Positions 11,078 through 20,933 of a DNA stretch of 36,425 nt are shown here, piece after piece (the first letter of the stretch is position 1; every line of letters starts with the position of its first letter). Source of the stretch: Trypethelium eluteriae (lineage: Eukaryota); assembly GCA_051942245.1 (NCBI GenBank), contig JAVECL010000202.1, positions 1-36,425 on the forward strand, in the 5' to 3' direction. The notes beneath the pieces were generated by a model, which did not search any database, was not told the DNA's origin, and was given only the letters and a program-made list of their open reading frames with translations. The position numbers and the translations under genes were made by a program.

Positions 11078-11445
11078 GCCATGAATCTCCTTATTTCCTC
11101 ATTTTTGCTTAATCCTCAAGAGCTCAAAAAAAGATCTTACTTAGACTACTTGCCACTCAATATTTGCCAGCATTCTACACCTGCTTGATTCACCACTATG
11201 TGACTGGGCAGATGCAGTGACATGCCATACCCTCAGTCCATCAGCCGCACGTCTGGTTCCAGGTTCGAGTCACGGCTGCGACAAACAGTTATTTATTTTT
11301 GACCTGATTTCGTGTGGCTTGTTGAGGATCACATTGGAAGAAAGTGTGAGGGCCCATAGCATACTCCGTACGAGTGAGAAGAGTGAGCCCATGCCACACC
11401 TGCGCGCTCACCGCTTTGGAATGGCTCACTTTCTGCCGGTCATCA

Positions 11446-11482
11446 ACGCGACCCGCGTTATTTAGGACAAAAACCCGCGTCG
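11446..11482. promoter_or_regulatory. Cluster of three MCB-like (ACGCG/CGCGT) elements upstream of NSE3
   Basis: Seen: ACGCGA 11446, CGCGT 11454, CGCGT 11476, 65-100 nt before the ATG. Knowledge: MBF (Mbp1/Swi6) sites mark G1/S and DNA-repair genes. Confidence 0.6.
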
Positions 11483-11546
11483 ATTTAACGACTAGCAATT
11501 TATTATTTTGTCTGCCAGATTCCTTTTAAGCGGCATCTAATCAGTC

Positions 11547-12731
11547 ATGCCTCTCGTACGAAAAAGACGAGCAGTAAGCAACAACCTTAATTGGATGAAC
11601 GAAGTGATTCCGAGAATCTCATTAATTTCCCATATATAGCCTGCCGAAGACGAAGCCGACTCAGACTCTACTCCCAGACCTACAAGGCAACAATCTCCTG
11701 CCTCAGAAGATGAATCAAATCATGAAGGCTCAGATCTTGATGGCGACGCAGGAGTAGATGCAACCCAGGATCAGCAGGTGAAGAAGATGGTACGATTAGC
11801 ATTGGCTTGCGAGTACAGGAGGAGCGAAATACGGCGGGGAGACATTGGAGAGAAAGGTATGTGTAAAGTTTCTCGGGAGAAGAAGTCGCATAGAGATATT
11901 ATTTGTCAGGAGCTCTTATGGAAAAGACACTGGACTACTTCACCAAGGAGCTGACGATGAGGCGAACAGTCCTCGGTAGTACAGCTCAACGCGGCGCATT
12001 CAACAAAGTCTTCGAGAGAGCCCAGGAGCAGCTTCAGCATGTCTTTGGCATGGAGATGGTGGAACTGCCCGCTAAGGAGAAAGTCACTATCGCACAGAAG
12101 CGAGGTAAGTCTAATCAGAAACCTTTCATCTTTCGCTTGTTCATTAAATACTTCGACAGCCGCTCAGAAATCATCGGGTCCTTCTTCCACCAAGTCCTGG
12201 ATAGTAACCTCGACACTCCCACCAGCCTTTCGCACGCCCGACATTCTTTCCACCGGAGACTCCGGCTATGTCGCGCTTTACACCTACATCGTATCCATAA
12301 TCATGCTCTCAGGAGGGAAATTACCTTCGTCAAAACTCGACCGCTACCTTCGGCGCGCGAACGCAGATGAGTCGACGCCAGTCGCATCTACGGAGAAGCT
12401 ATTGCAACGTCTTTGCAAAGAGGGATACATTGTCAAAATCAAAGACTCTTCTTCGGGAGAAGAGATGATTGATTATATAATAGGTCCGAGAGGAAGGGTG
12501 GAAGTTGGAGAGGGAGGCGTGGCAGGGTTCGTGAAGGCAGTGTATGGTGAAGCGGCGAACGAGGAGCTCAGCAAGAGAGTCCAGCGAAGTTTGGCATTAA
12601 GCCGACCTGCAGAGGTTGAAAGGATGGTAAACGGAGTTGTTGTGGATGGGGATAAGAAGAAGAGGGGAAAACGGAAGGGCAAGCGGAGAGAAGAAGGTGC
12701 AGAAGAGGATGCAGAAGATGAGAGTGACTAA
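11547..12731 (+). CDS. NSE3: Smc5/6 non-SMC subunit Nse3 (MAGE domain), 4 exons (11547-11573, 11640-11856, 11970-12104, 12160-12731)
   Basis: Seen: three canonical introns join into one frame: MPLVRKRRA|...DQQVKKMVRLALACEYRRSEIRRGDIGEK|VLG...VFERAQEQLQHVFGMEMVELP...|...SWIVTSTLP...LCKEGYIVK...YIIGPRGRVE. Knowledge: these are MAGE winged-helix motifs; Nse3 is the single fungal MAGE protein. Confidence 0.9.
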
Positions 12732-13267
12732 GAGGGATTTCCTACGACACACAGGTGCGATGGTTGAATATTTGAAGAACAACCAAGCCGGACACCTGGA
12801 TAGGGACGCCACAGTTGCTTCTTCAGATGACTGGGTCAAAAAGGTATCTATCTCGGCTAGCACTGAGCTTCCCACAAGTATGAAACTTATGTGTCTTCAG
12901 ATGGCTCGACTCAGCTCTTTGCGGACACCGAGAATTCCGCTGTCATCGACATGCAGAGTGGTAGCGGTGAATCTCACGGGAATGTCCAGTACGCCCGAGA
13001 GGCATACAAATGTTACGCTTGGCGCAAGGCATCTCAAATTGATCTCAGGGACCGAATTTGGACATGCATTACCACGATCTACAACGACAAGATTATGGCA
13101 GGGATCCAGCGAGAGGATGAGTTTAAAAAGGGTGGAGTCGAGTCGCACTACTCAGTGAGCCACCTTGTGGCAAAGTTCATTGGTTCTTCTCAATAAGACC
13201 TTGAGGTTTACGCAGAACGTCGGCTTTGTAAAGATTCTTTTATTCACCTTTCGACCCTCAATGCTCT

Positions 13268-14956
13268 TCACTTCGCTGTCGTATTCGCATCGGGATTCCT
13301 TTCAATGATGAGGGCCTCGCTCGCGGCAATCCCCACAATCCCGTCCACAAAATACTCAATATCTGGCGTCCCGGAAGCCGTCCCATTCGCATAATTCTGC
13401 CCGATCACCGTCACTTTCGCCGCATCCGTCTCCTCGCTACTCGGCGCCGTGACCCTGAATGCACGCACCTGCATCCCCAACACGGCACTCACATCCAGCT
13501 GCATCTGCGGCCGCGGCACACCCTCACTCGCATTCGCCGCCGAATAGAACTCCAGATTGAGCGCGAGCACCTTGTACAGCTCGGCCCCCTCATAAACCGC
13601 ATACAGCGCCAGCCCATCCGACTCCAACGCCTCAAGCTCATAGATCGTCGGCTCCACCGTTCCCGACAGCACACCCGCCACATACAGCATCGACGCGTAG
13701 GTAGGCCAGACGCGCGGCGCGGTGCCGTTCACCTCGACCGGCTGCCACATGCTGTACCAGAAGGGGCTGCCGTTGTGGAAGTGCACGCGCCGCATGCCCA
13801 GCGTCGCCGCGTGCAGCATGTAGTCCATCTCCCAGAGCGCGGCGCCCAGCGTGTTGCTGATGTTCGGCGCGCCGTGGCACGAGACCGAGCCCGTCTCGCC
13901 CATGACGAAGGAGGCGTTGATGGAGGTCGCGGCAGCGATGGAGGGCGTCCATTGCGAGAAGTATTCGAGGGTGTGGAGGTGCGACATTAGGGCGTGGAGG
14001 GAGATGGATGGGGTGTTGGCCTCTGTGATAGGGAGCAGAGTCAGGAAAGGTTGCGTAGGGATGTATGGGGGTGAGCCATGAGGATATCGGGAATTCTCAC
14101 CTGGGCAGTTGGAGTAGGGATACGTGTGGTCGCTTTCTGATTTGACGTTACCTACGATTTCTGGGACACCAAGACTGTTGATCTCAGCGAGCGAAAAGTT
14201 TCCCTGGTCGACTGGGTCGACTGCCAAAGCACCGAGTTGGAAGCCGTGACTTGTGTTGTTGATCTCTCGCTTGATCTGAGACAGCCAGTCAACTTGCTGT
14301 TGAGCATATGTCTGCACATTCCACGGCTCAGTACGATGCCCGGTATATTCATAGATATCTGGTTCATTGCCGAGTTCATAGGCGTATAGTTTCGACTCGT
14401 TTAGGTGTGCTTCCACACCTTTAACTTCTTCGAGCGGGTATTGTACATTATCCTGACCAAGGTTCAGAGTGAAGATACAGGTTTGATTCTCGGGTACGTT
14501 CTCATTCATGACTTGAAATAAGCCACTGTTGAAAGTGACATTTACTGCTTCGAGATTGTTGGGTTTGAAGACGTTGGTGATGGTCTGATTGTTATGTGGA
14601 TTATATTGAGCGGCATCTCCTGTGTCGCCGCCAATTCTGATCACTGGGGGAGCACCAAGGATCTCTTCAATATTATTCAGGAGATTGTACGAGAGGTCGT
14701 TCGGTGAGCCAACCTCTCCGAGATAGTCAATAATGTAGCAAAATTCTATTGACAAGGCTACGAGGTCTCGAGGAAGTGGAGATGCCTTTGAAGTATCGAT
14801 ACCGGGTGTGAAATTAATGTGAACAAGAGTATAATTCTGGTTGATCTGAGGAATAGCAGGAGTAGACCCATAGGGACTTTGACTTGATGCTCTATGGACA
14901 AATAGAAGGCTGACAGTGGCAATAGAGTAAAGCCATTTTTGAAAATCTACGATCAT
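13268..14956 (-). CDS. Secreted glycoside hydrolase family 79 (beta-glucuronidase/heparanase-like), ~536 aa after removing in-frame intron 14023-14100
   Basis: Seen: signal peptide; ALSIEF, PVIRIGGDTGD, YELGNEPD (acid/base), FVMGETGS (nucleophile), GAALWEMDY, VHFHNG. A 78-nt stop-free intron (GTGAGA...CTGAC...CAG) explains the atypical ENSRYPHG...LLPIT stretch in the ORF track. Confidence 0.9.
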   Translation of the reverse strand: MIVDFQKWLYSIATVSLLFVHRASSQSPYGSTPAIPQINQNYTLVHINFTPGIDTSKASPLPRDLVALSIEFCYIIDYLGEVGSPNDLSYNLLNNIEEILGAPPVIRIGGDTGDAAQYNPHNNQTITNVFKPNNLEAVNVTFNSGLFQVMNENVPENQTCIFTLNLGQDNVQYPLEEVKGVEAHLNESKLYAYELGNEPDIYEYTGHRTEPWNVQTYAQQQVDWLSQIKREINNTSHGFQLGALAVDPVDQGNFSLAEINSLGVPEIVGNVKSESDHTYPYSNCPGENSRYPHGSPPYIPTQPFLTLLPITEANTPSISLHALMSHLHTLEYFSQWTPSIAAATSINASFVMGETGSVSCHGAPNISNTLGAALWEMDYMLHAATLGMRRVHFHNGSPFWYSMWQPVEVNGTAPRVWPTYASMLYVAGVLSGTVEPTIYELEALESDGLALYAVYEGAELYKVLALNLEFYSAANASEGVPRPQMQLDVSAVLGMQVRAFRVTAPSSEETDAAKVTVIGQNYANGTASGTPDIEYFVDGIVGIAASEALIIERNPDANTTAK

Positions 14957-15563
14957 TTTGATTGATATATATGCAAGGACTAAGAAACAGAATTATGGAG
15001 CGAATTGAAAGACAGCTTTCGTCCTTTATGGGGCCTTTAGACGGCTGGGCTATTATAACTGGCCCTGCTCGTTCTGGGAATGATAATCAGGGACAACAGG
15101 CTTCCCCGCCATCACAGTCATGCGTACCTATCATGATCTCCGTAAAGTGAGGGAAGATTATGGGTGCCTGGTTAGAAGGACGCGAAAAGTAAGGCGATGA
15201 CGAGCACGACGATCTACCTTTCGGCCGCGTACAATATTTTGCCGATATCTCGCTTAGGCGCTCTCCGAGTTGATCCATTCTATGGACAGCATGCTGATCA
15301 CACCGGCAACCATAGTAGAACTTGTGCACGGATATCGAAATTCTGGTGAGCTTTAAAGAGTGTGTATGATACATAGAGGAACCCCCCTCTATTGTTGAAA
15401 TCCGTCAACTGCTGTTCCACTGCGAGAGAGCAATGAAATGTATTCGAGCAAAAATATGCCATCACCTGGACCTTCGTGGTACTCCGAGCCTGATTTCTGA
15501 AGACAGTCAGGCTAGGTCGAATCTCCAGCGTTTGCTGGCCATCTCAGGGGTCTTGCAGGGAGC

Positions 15564-16921
15564 CTATGCTGCTACAAGTTCCCACTCTGGCTCATTCTCC
15601 TCCTCGACCACATCCCATTGGCCCCACTCTGCTGCTTCATGCTCTTCACCGTCTTTGCTCTGTGTTTTGTCATGCGAGTCAATCTGAGCCACATCTTCGA
15701 TTATATCAACTGTCTTGCTTTGTGCTTGTGGTACTGGAGTAGTCGAACCGCAATGCTCCTGCATCGTTTTGCCCACTGCAGCCGCGGCTGAATTGGTCAG
15801 AGCACCGCATTTCGCATCGATTGACTCCACAGCTGTGCGACTCATCTGCGCTGCAGCAGAAACATCATTGGTTTCAGATACAGAATTGGCACTTGTGGAA
15901 GCATGCGGCTGCGAATGACCTTTGAGAACCAAAGCGGCGTGGCGCTGTAGCAGACTACCGATCGACTTGTTGGGGAAGCGATTCGCAACGTCAGACCACA
16001 GCACGACCTTACCATTCTTCAACTCCATGAGTTTGGCATCTTCATCTGCGGTCCACTTCTCTTCGATTGCTTTAGGGTCGGATCTATGACGGACCCTAGG
16101 TTGTGCATTGCTTTTCTGACGGAGCTTGGGAGTCGGACTGGCCTCGGCAGCCAAATTTAATTGGGAGAACTTGGCGGACACGGCGGCCATGGAGGAATCT
16201 ATGGAAGAACCTTGGGCAGAACTCTCAAGCTTAACCGTGTCTGCTTTGGGAAATCGCTTGGACTTGGGGGAGTACGCGCTATTACTGTCGCTCGTCCAAT
16301 CAATAAAAAAGTCGACTACAACTATAGCTTTCGTGTCGGTGATGTGTGATCGGGTCAACCGCGATGATTGTGGGTCCGTATTTATGGCAACCTTCACAAA
16401 TTTGTGTTCCATGTCCTCTGCGAAATACGAATCAGCTGTCCACGCGTAGGAGGAAAGTGTGTACGAGAACGTATTAGAACTTACTTCCTTTCTTCCGATA
16501 ATGGAATAGCAGCGCATATTCAAAGAGTACTTTGCCATGATCGTATGATGTAATCCCTACGGATTGCTTTCGAGAGATCCATTTTGCTTTGAATGTGAGA
16601 GCCCATTCAGAATTGATGGCATCCCCGCGCTGCATTGCGAACCACTGTAGGTAGCAGAGGATCAGCTCCTGCTCATACTTAGCTGGGAATGATTGCACTT
16701 ACTACTTTGCGGAGAGCATCTCGAAGTTTTTCATAGGATATGCCACCGAACGTTTCGGTCGGTATCAATTGCAGGGTCTTGGGGTAGAAATGCGAGTGAG
16801 GAAAGACGTAGAGATCGTATGCTTGCAAGCACAAGGCTGGCCATACTTCACGGTCAAAGTTATGTGCAGCCGTCACCCATTCGAGATAGACCGGACTCTT
16901 TGGCTCAGGCTTGACATCCAT
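15564..16921 (-). CDS. Hypothetical protein with a single Myb/SANT-like repeat (~410 aa), 3 exons (16921-16703, 16644-16485, 16417-15564)
   Basis: Seen: two GTAAGT...CTGAT...CAG introns link three separate ORF-track fragments in frame. WTADEDAKLMELK...WSDVANRFPNKSIGSLLQRH fits the Myb/SANT pattern. Confidence 0.75.
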
Positions 16922-17710
16922 GCTGTTTGCTACACAAGTACCGGTGCCGTGAAAGTTTTGCTGGTTCGCGCAGTCGACATATACGTTGCCTGGAGATATA
17001 TGAAGGTTGCATGGAGCTCGGGGCTTTTAAGCAAGTTTCGCGCTAACGGTGATAGTCGTTGATGCATCGTGGGCAGCTTGCTTCACACATGCTTCTCACA
17101 TGCTTCTACCCTTGAGCACCATCCCAGTGAGTTCTGCGCGGGTCACACGCGACCATTCGAAAATCAAGGCTTGCGAAATTCTTGTACACCACGAAAGAAT
17201 GCTGACTAAAGCCCCCGAATGACCGATGCGTACGCTTTCAACGTGTGGAGTTGACTTTATCGTGTCAAGGGAGCCTTTTACTGTATTTAGAGCCAAAGGG
17301 ATGTAGATGCGCTTAACGTATGCTGATGCTCACAATCTGGCTCGCCACGGGAGATAGATGCTGCGCTTTTTCGGCGATAAGATAGGTCCAAGATGGTCAA
17401 TGCAACGCCTGCGAGTATGCCCTCTCCAAATTCTTCTACACTAGGCATTAGGTTTGCTGTCGAAAAGGAATAGAGCTCATAAGGTCCGCATCGCTTTGAC
17501 CTCACTTTGCTTAAGATGTTGGCTTCCATTCAAATGAGTAGGAGGTATGTTGCACTGTGTGGATTGACGGAGAACATGTTGTGGCTCAAGAGTCTATGGA
17601 AAAGGCATACCATAGGGCAAAGTAGACACTACGCCCGCCGAGGAAATGGCGGAACTTATCCCCTTTGCCGGACGCGTCAATCGGGGGTTGTAGTGCGAAA
17701 GCAATTTGCT

Positions 17711-18286
17711 TCACGCGACACCCTTTTTCCTCTCCTTTGCCTCATCCTTCATTCTCTGCAATATTCTGACCTCCATCTCTTTTTGCGCTAGTTCTTTGTC
17801 CACCTTCTCGTTGTTTTCTATCGCCGTCTGGCGAGCATTGACACGACTCTTCAGCTCTTCAATCGCAATATCCGTCTGCTCAGAAATTCGTTGCCGTAGC
17901 TCCTCGCTACTCCTAATCTGAAAGTGATCGATGAACTTTTGCGCATCTTCGGCGTCGTGATCTGAACCCGGTCCACCCTCGAGTAACCCCCCGGGATGGG
18001 TCAACTTGACGCCTGGAATGGGGCTGCGGAACTTGCGACGGGGATCGTTCAACGAAAGTGGAAGTTCTTCGTGTTGAACGTCGGGGAGGTCTTGTGGCCG
18101 TACATGTATGATGTGCACCTCGTTATCGCCGGGCTTCTCCTCGCCATAGACTACATGGATGCCATCGGCTGGCAGAGGACTGCCGACAACACGAGCAAGA
18201 TCTCTTTCGAAAGACTCGTCGTATCGTAATTCGCCCTTGTGCGCGTCATTGTGGTCCTCCTGGGGAGTAAGGGGCGCTGGGGTCAT
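17711..18286 (-). CDS. Hypothetical protein (191 aa) with C-terminal coiled coil
   Basis: Seen: ATG at 18286; protein-like composition, LTHPGGLLEGGP motif and a heptad-rich charged C-terminus. Head-to-head with SF3B5. Function unknown. Confidence 0.7.
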   Translation of the reverse strand: MTPAPLTPQEDHNDAHKGELRYDESFERDLARVVGSPLPADGIHVVYGEEKPGDNEVHIIHVRPQDLPDVQHEELPLSLNDPRRKFRSPIPGVKLTHPGGLLEGGPGSDHDAEDAQKFIDHFQIRSSEELRQRISEQTDIAIEELKSRVNARQTAIENNEKVDKELAQKEMEVRILQRMKDEAKERKKGVA

Positions 18287-18721
18287 GATGGGTACGCATG
18301 ACAAGTCAAAGGGACATGACCGTGTTATGAAGGTAATGAGAATGTAGATCGACGAGCTTGAGTCTCTAGCAAGACTCGGAGTATTTAGCCTCTGCGCTTC
18401 ACCCACCGCACGGTATCTGTAATTGAAGTATGAGTTGGTAGAAGTTGTAGCACGAATTGAGCTTTGCGTCGTCCAAAGTGCCTGGTGGCTGTTCGCCACT
18501 GTAGGAAATCAAAGATGACATCCAAATCCTTGGCTTTTCTTTGATCTCGGAGTCGGGCTGAAGCTGTAATAGAGAGGTTACAGCTGTTTCCTCGTCGGAT
18601 GATCCTCGGTGCGGCGATCCATTTCGCGAACCATTTGGCTCTCCGCTTCCTTCATACTTCCATAGGCCCTAATATATTCAATCTCCCACATCTCACCGTA
18701 GCACGACTCGAAATCTTTACC

Positions 18722-19026
18722 ATGGCTGACAAGCTCCGTGCGCAGCAGCAGCTTGAGCAGCTGCAAGCTCGCTATGTTGGCACTGGACATGCTGATACCA
18801 CCAAGTTCGAATGGACTTCGAACATCCAGCGCGACAGCTACGCAAGCTACATCGGACATCCTCCACTACTCCACTATATGTCTATTGGAATGGGCGAACC
18901 AAAAGAGAAGGTCAGGCTTCGCATGATTGAGGTAGGTGTTCTACGATATTATCCCAGGAGTGCCGTTCTGACTGAAGACAGAAAATGATACAGCCAGTTG
19001 GCAAGCCACCCGAAGTGCAAGACTAG
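18722..19026 (+). CDS. YSF3: Splicing factor 3B subunit 5 (SF3b10/Ysf3), 84 aa, 2 exons (18722-18931, 18982-19026)
   Basis: Seen: MADKLRAQQQLEQLQARYVGTGHADTTKFEWTSNIQRDSYASYIGH...|KMIQPVGKPP; intron GTAGGT...CTGAC...CAG. Knowledge: highly conserved SF3B5 signature. Confidence 0.96.
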
Positions 19027-19437
19027 CGACCTCTCTCCTCACAGTAGAATCACATTTCAAGTGCGAACATAACAGCATGGCAGATCGAAGCAACTTGACG
19101 GATCTTGCCATAGATGGAAGTCGAGCGTTCGTTGTAAGCGGCCAGACTAGCAAGGAATCGACTAATATTGCCAAAGGAAACCGCGCAGACCACAAGATGC
19201 TTATATCGTAGGGCTACAAGCTCACCCCAGCACTCCGATCGGCTATCAGCAGCTACAGGAAGAGGAGAACACAAGCCTTGAAGAAAGTTTGTATGTGCAG
19301 GTAATAGAGTCATGCCTGCAGTGAAATAAGAAATTTAGCTAGTTTATTTGATGATTTTGCACGTCATAGGCTGTTTTGCACTTGCATCCCATCTCCCGTG
19401 TCAACTACTTCGAGCGTTGCTCCCACACAAATCTCCC

Positions 19438-20104
19438 CTAAAGCCTCGCCTCCCGCCTCATCAACACTGTCGCGCTTGCCCACGCCAAACCCAAAACCCC
19501 CCAGCTCACCGCCAATGTAATCAGCACATCCATGACCTCTCCCGTCCTACTAATCGCTTCATTATACCCCTTTACGAAGGGCACTTTGGCGCTGCTCCGC
19601 CAGAAATCGAGCATGTAGGTCCGTACAATGAGAGCCATACCCGCGTTAGCGAGAGTCAGTGTAAGTTTAGATGAAGAGGGATAGCCAGAGCCAAAGGCGA
19701 GATAGAGGGACGTCAGTAGCGATATTAGGATCTAGAAAGGATCTCAGCTTGGTAGTCAGGAGCCTTATTACACTCTGTGAAGTTGGCATAACTTTCCACA
19801 TAGAGATGTCGAAGCGCAATTCAATAACCTTGGGAAATTGCGTGCGTAGTGGCTAAGGTCGTGCAAGGTAGAGATGACAGACAAATTGAAGAAGTATTGT
19901 ACAACTTACTGCAACGGCTCCGGCACTTTGGGTAGTCCGAGTTTTGTAAAGTTGATCTGCTGCTGACTGAGAGTACTTCGCGGCCTGTTTAGTCCTCTTC
20001 TCGTATTTCTGTAGATTGGTAATGGAGATCGAGGAGACATAAAGGCCATAGCCAGCAATTCCCGCTTGTGCAAGATGCAGGAATCGAAGAATGATTGCAG
20101 CCAT
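19438..20104 (-). CDS. Small multi-pass membrane protein (~162 aa), 2 exons (20104-19910, 19731-19438)
   Basis: Seen: GTAAGT donor at 19909 and TAG acceptor at 19732 join two ORF-track fragments in phase 0; about four hydrophobic segments; FWRSSAKVPFVKGYNEAI loop. Function unknown. Confidence 0.7.
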
Positions 20105-20933
20105 CGTTAGGCAGCCTCACATTCGGATGCGTCGTCTGCGTTTCATCCAAAGCTGTCCTTTGCGTGGTTAAAACATTGACATAAGGTTGTGCTCGTGCGC
20201 GAAGGGAAGACTACGGGCACATCTTGTAATGCAGGATTTTTGAGTTCCTGTTGTTCCACTTCAACCCAATGGGGCCGACCTGTGAGAAATTGCATATACG
20301 TCTTATAAACATTACATATTATTTAGTCCGATAGAAGATAGAATGGGTGTATTGAGCACGATAGCTGTTCTACTCCGTATTACCAATCCAACTACGGCAT
20401 TCCAAGCAACCAATAGCAAGCCGTTCTGTCGTCCAATCAATACTTGTTTTGTGCAGATTTACGCTCATTACCACAAGCGTCTCCTATATGTCTAAGGATT
20501 CCGATTTACTGCGGTCGTGAAAGGCCTTGCCATGGTCCTCGTTACGAGATGCCGAACAGGCATGACAGCTTTGCCCAATAGCACCCGTGGAGCTCCAGCC
20601 ACAGTCTTGCACGGGCAATTGCTGCATGATACGAGTAGATGCCTTCGCCACTGCTCTACATTTCTCCTTGGAAAATTCGGTACCAATATGTTGACGGAAA
20701 AAAGACACATTAGAGTTGAAGTTTGTTTGACTTCTGTAAGCTACTTGAATGGCTCTTCCTCAAGATCGATCTCCATAAATTCATAACCTAGGAACTATCC
20801 ATACCCAATTCGTTTGCGTCCCACCCTTTAGCGCCGATTCCCATTCCCACCGCCTTGTACAACCCGAAGCAAGGCGTAAAATATACAGAAAAACAGAGCG
20901 GCGAATGCTATTGCCTACGAGAGGAAACAAAAA

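Noticed and set aside
12637..13196. 173-aa and 101-aa ORFs between NSE3 and GH79
   Set aside because: They overlap the NSE3 3' end/UTR, have no promoter space and no recognisable motifs.
16539..16548. SREBP-like ATCGTATGAT site
   Set aside because: Lies inside coding exon 2 of the Myb protein; likely chance.
19732..19909. 178-nt intron as snoRNA host or nested intron
   Set aside because: Long for this window, but no box C/D or H/ACA layout and no convincing internal donor.
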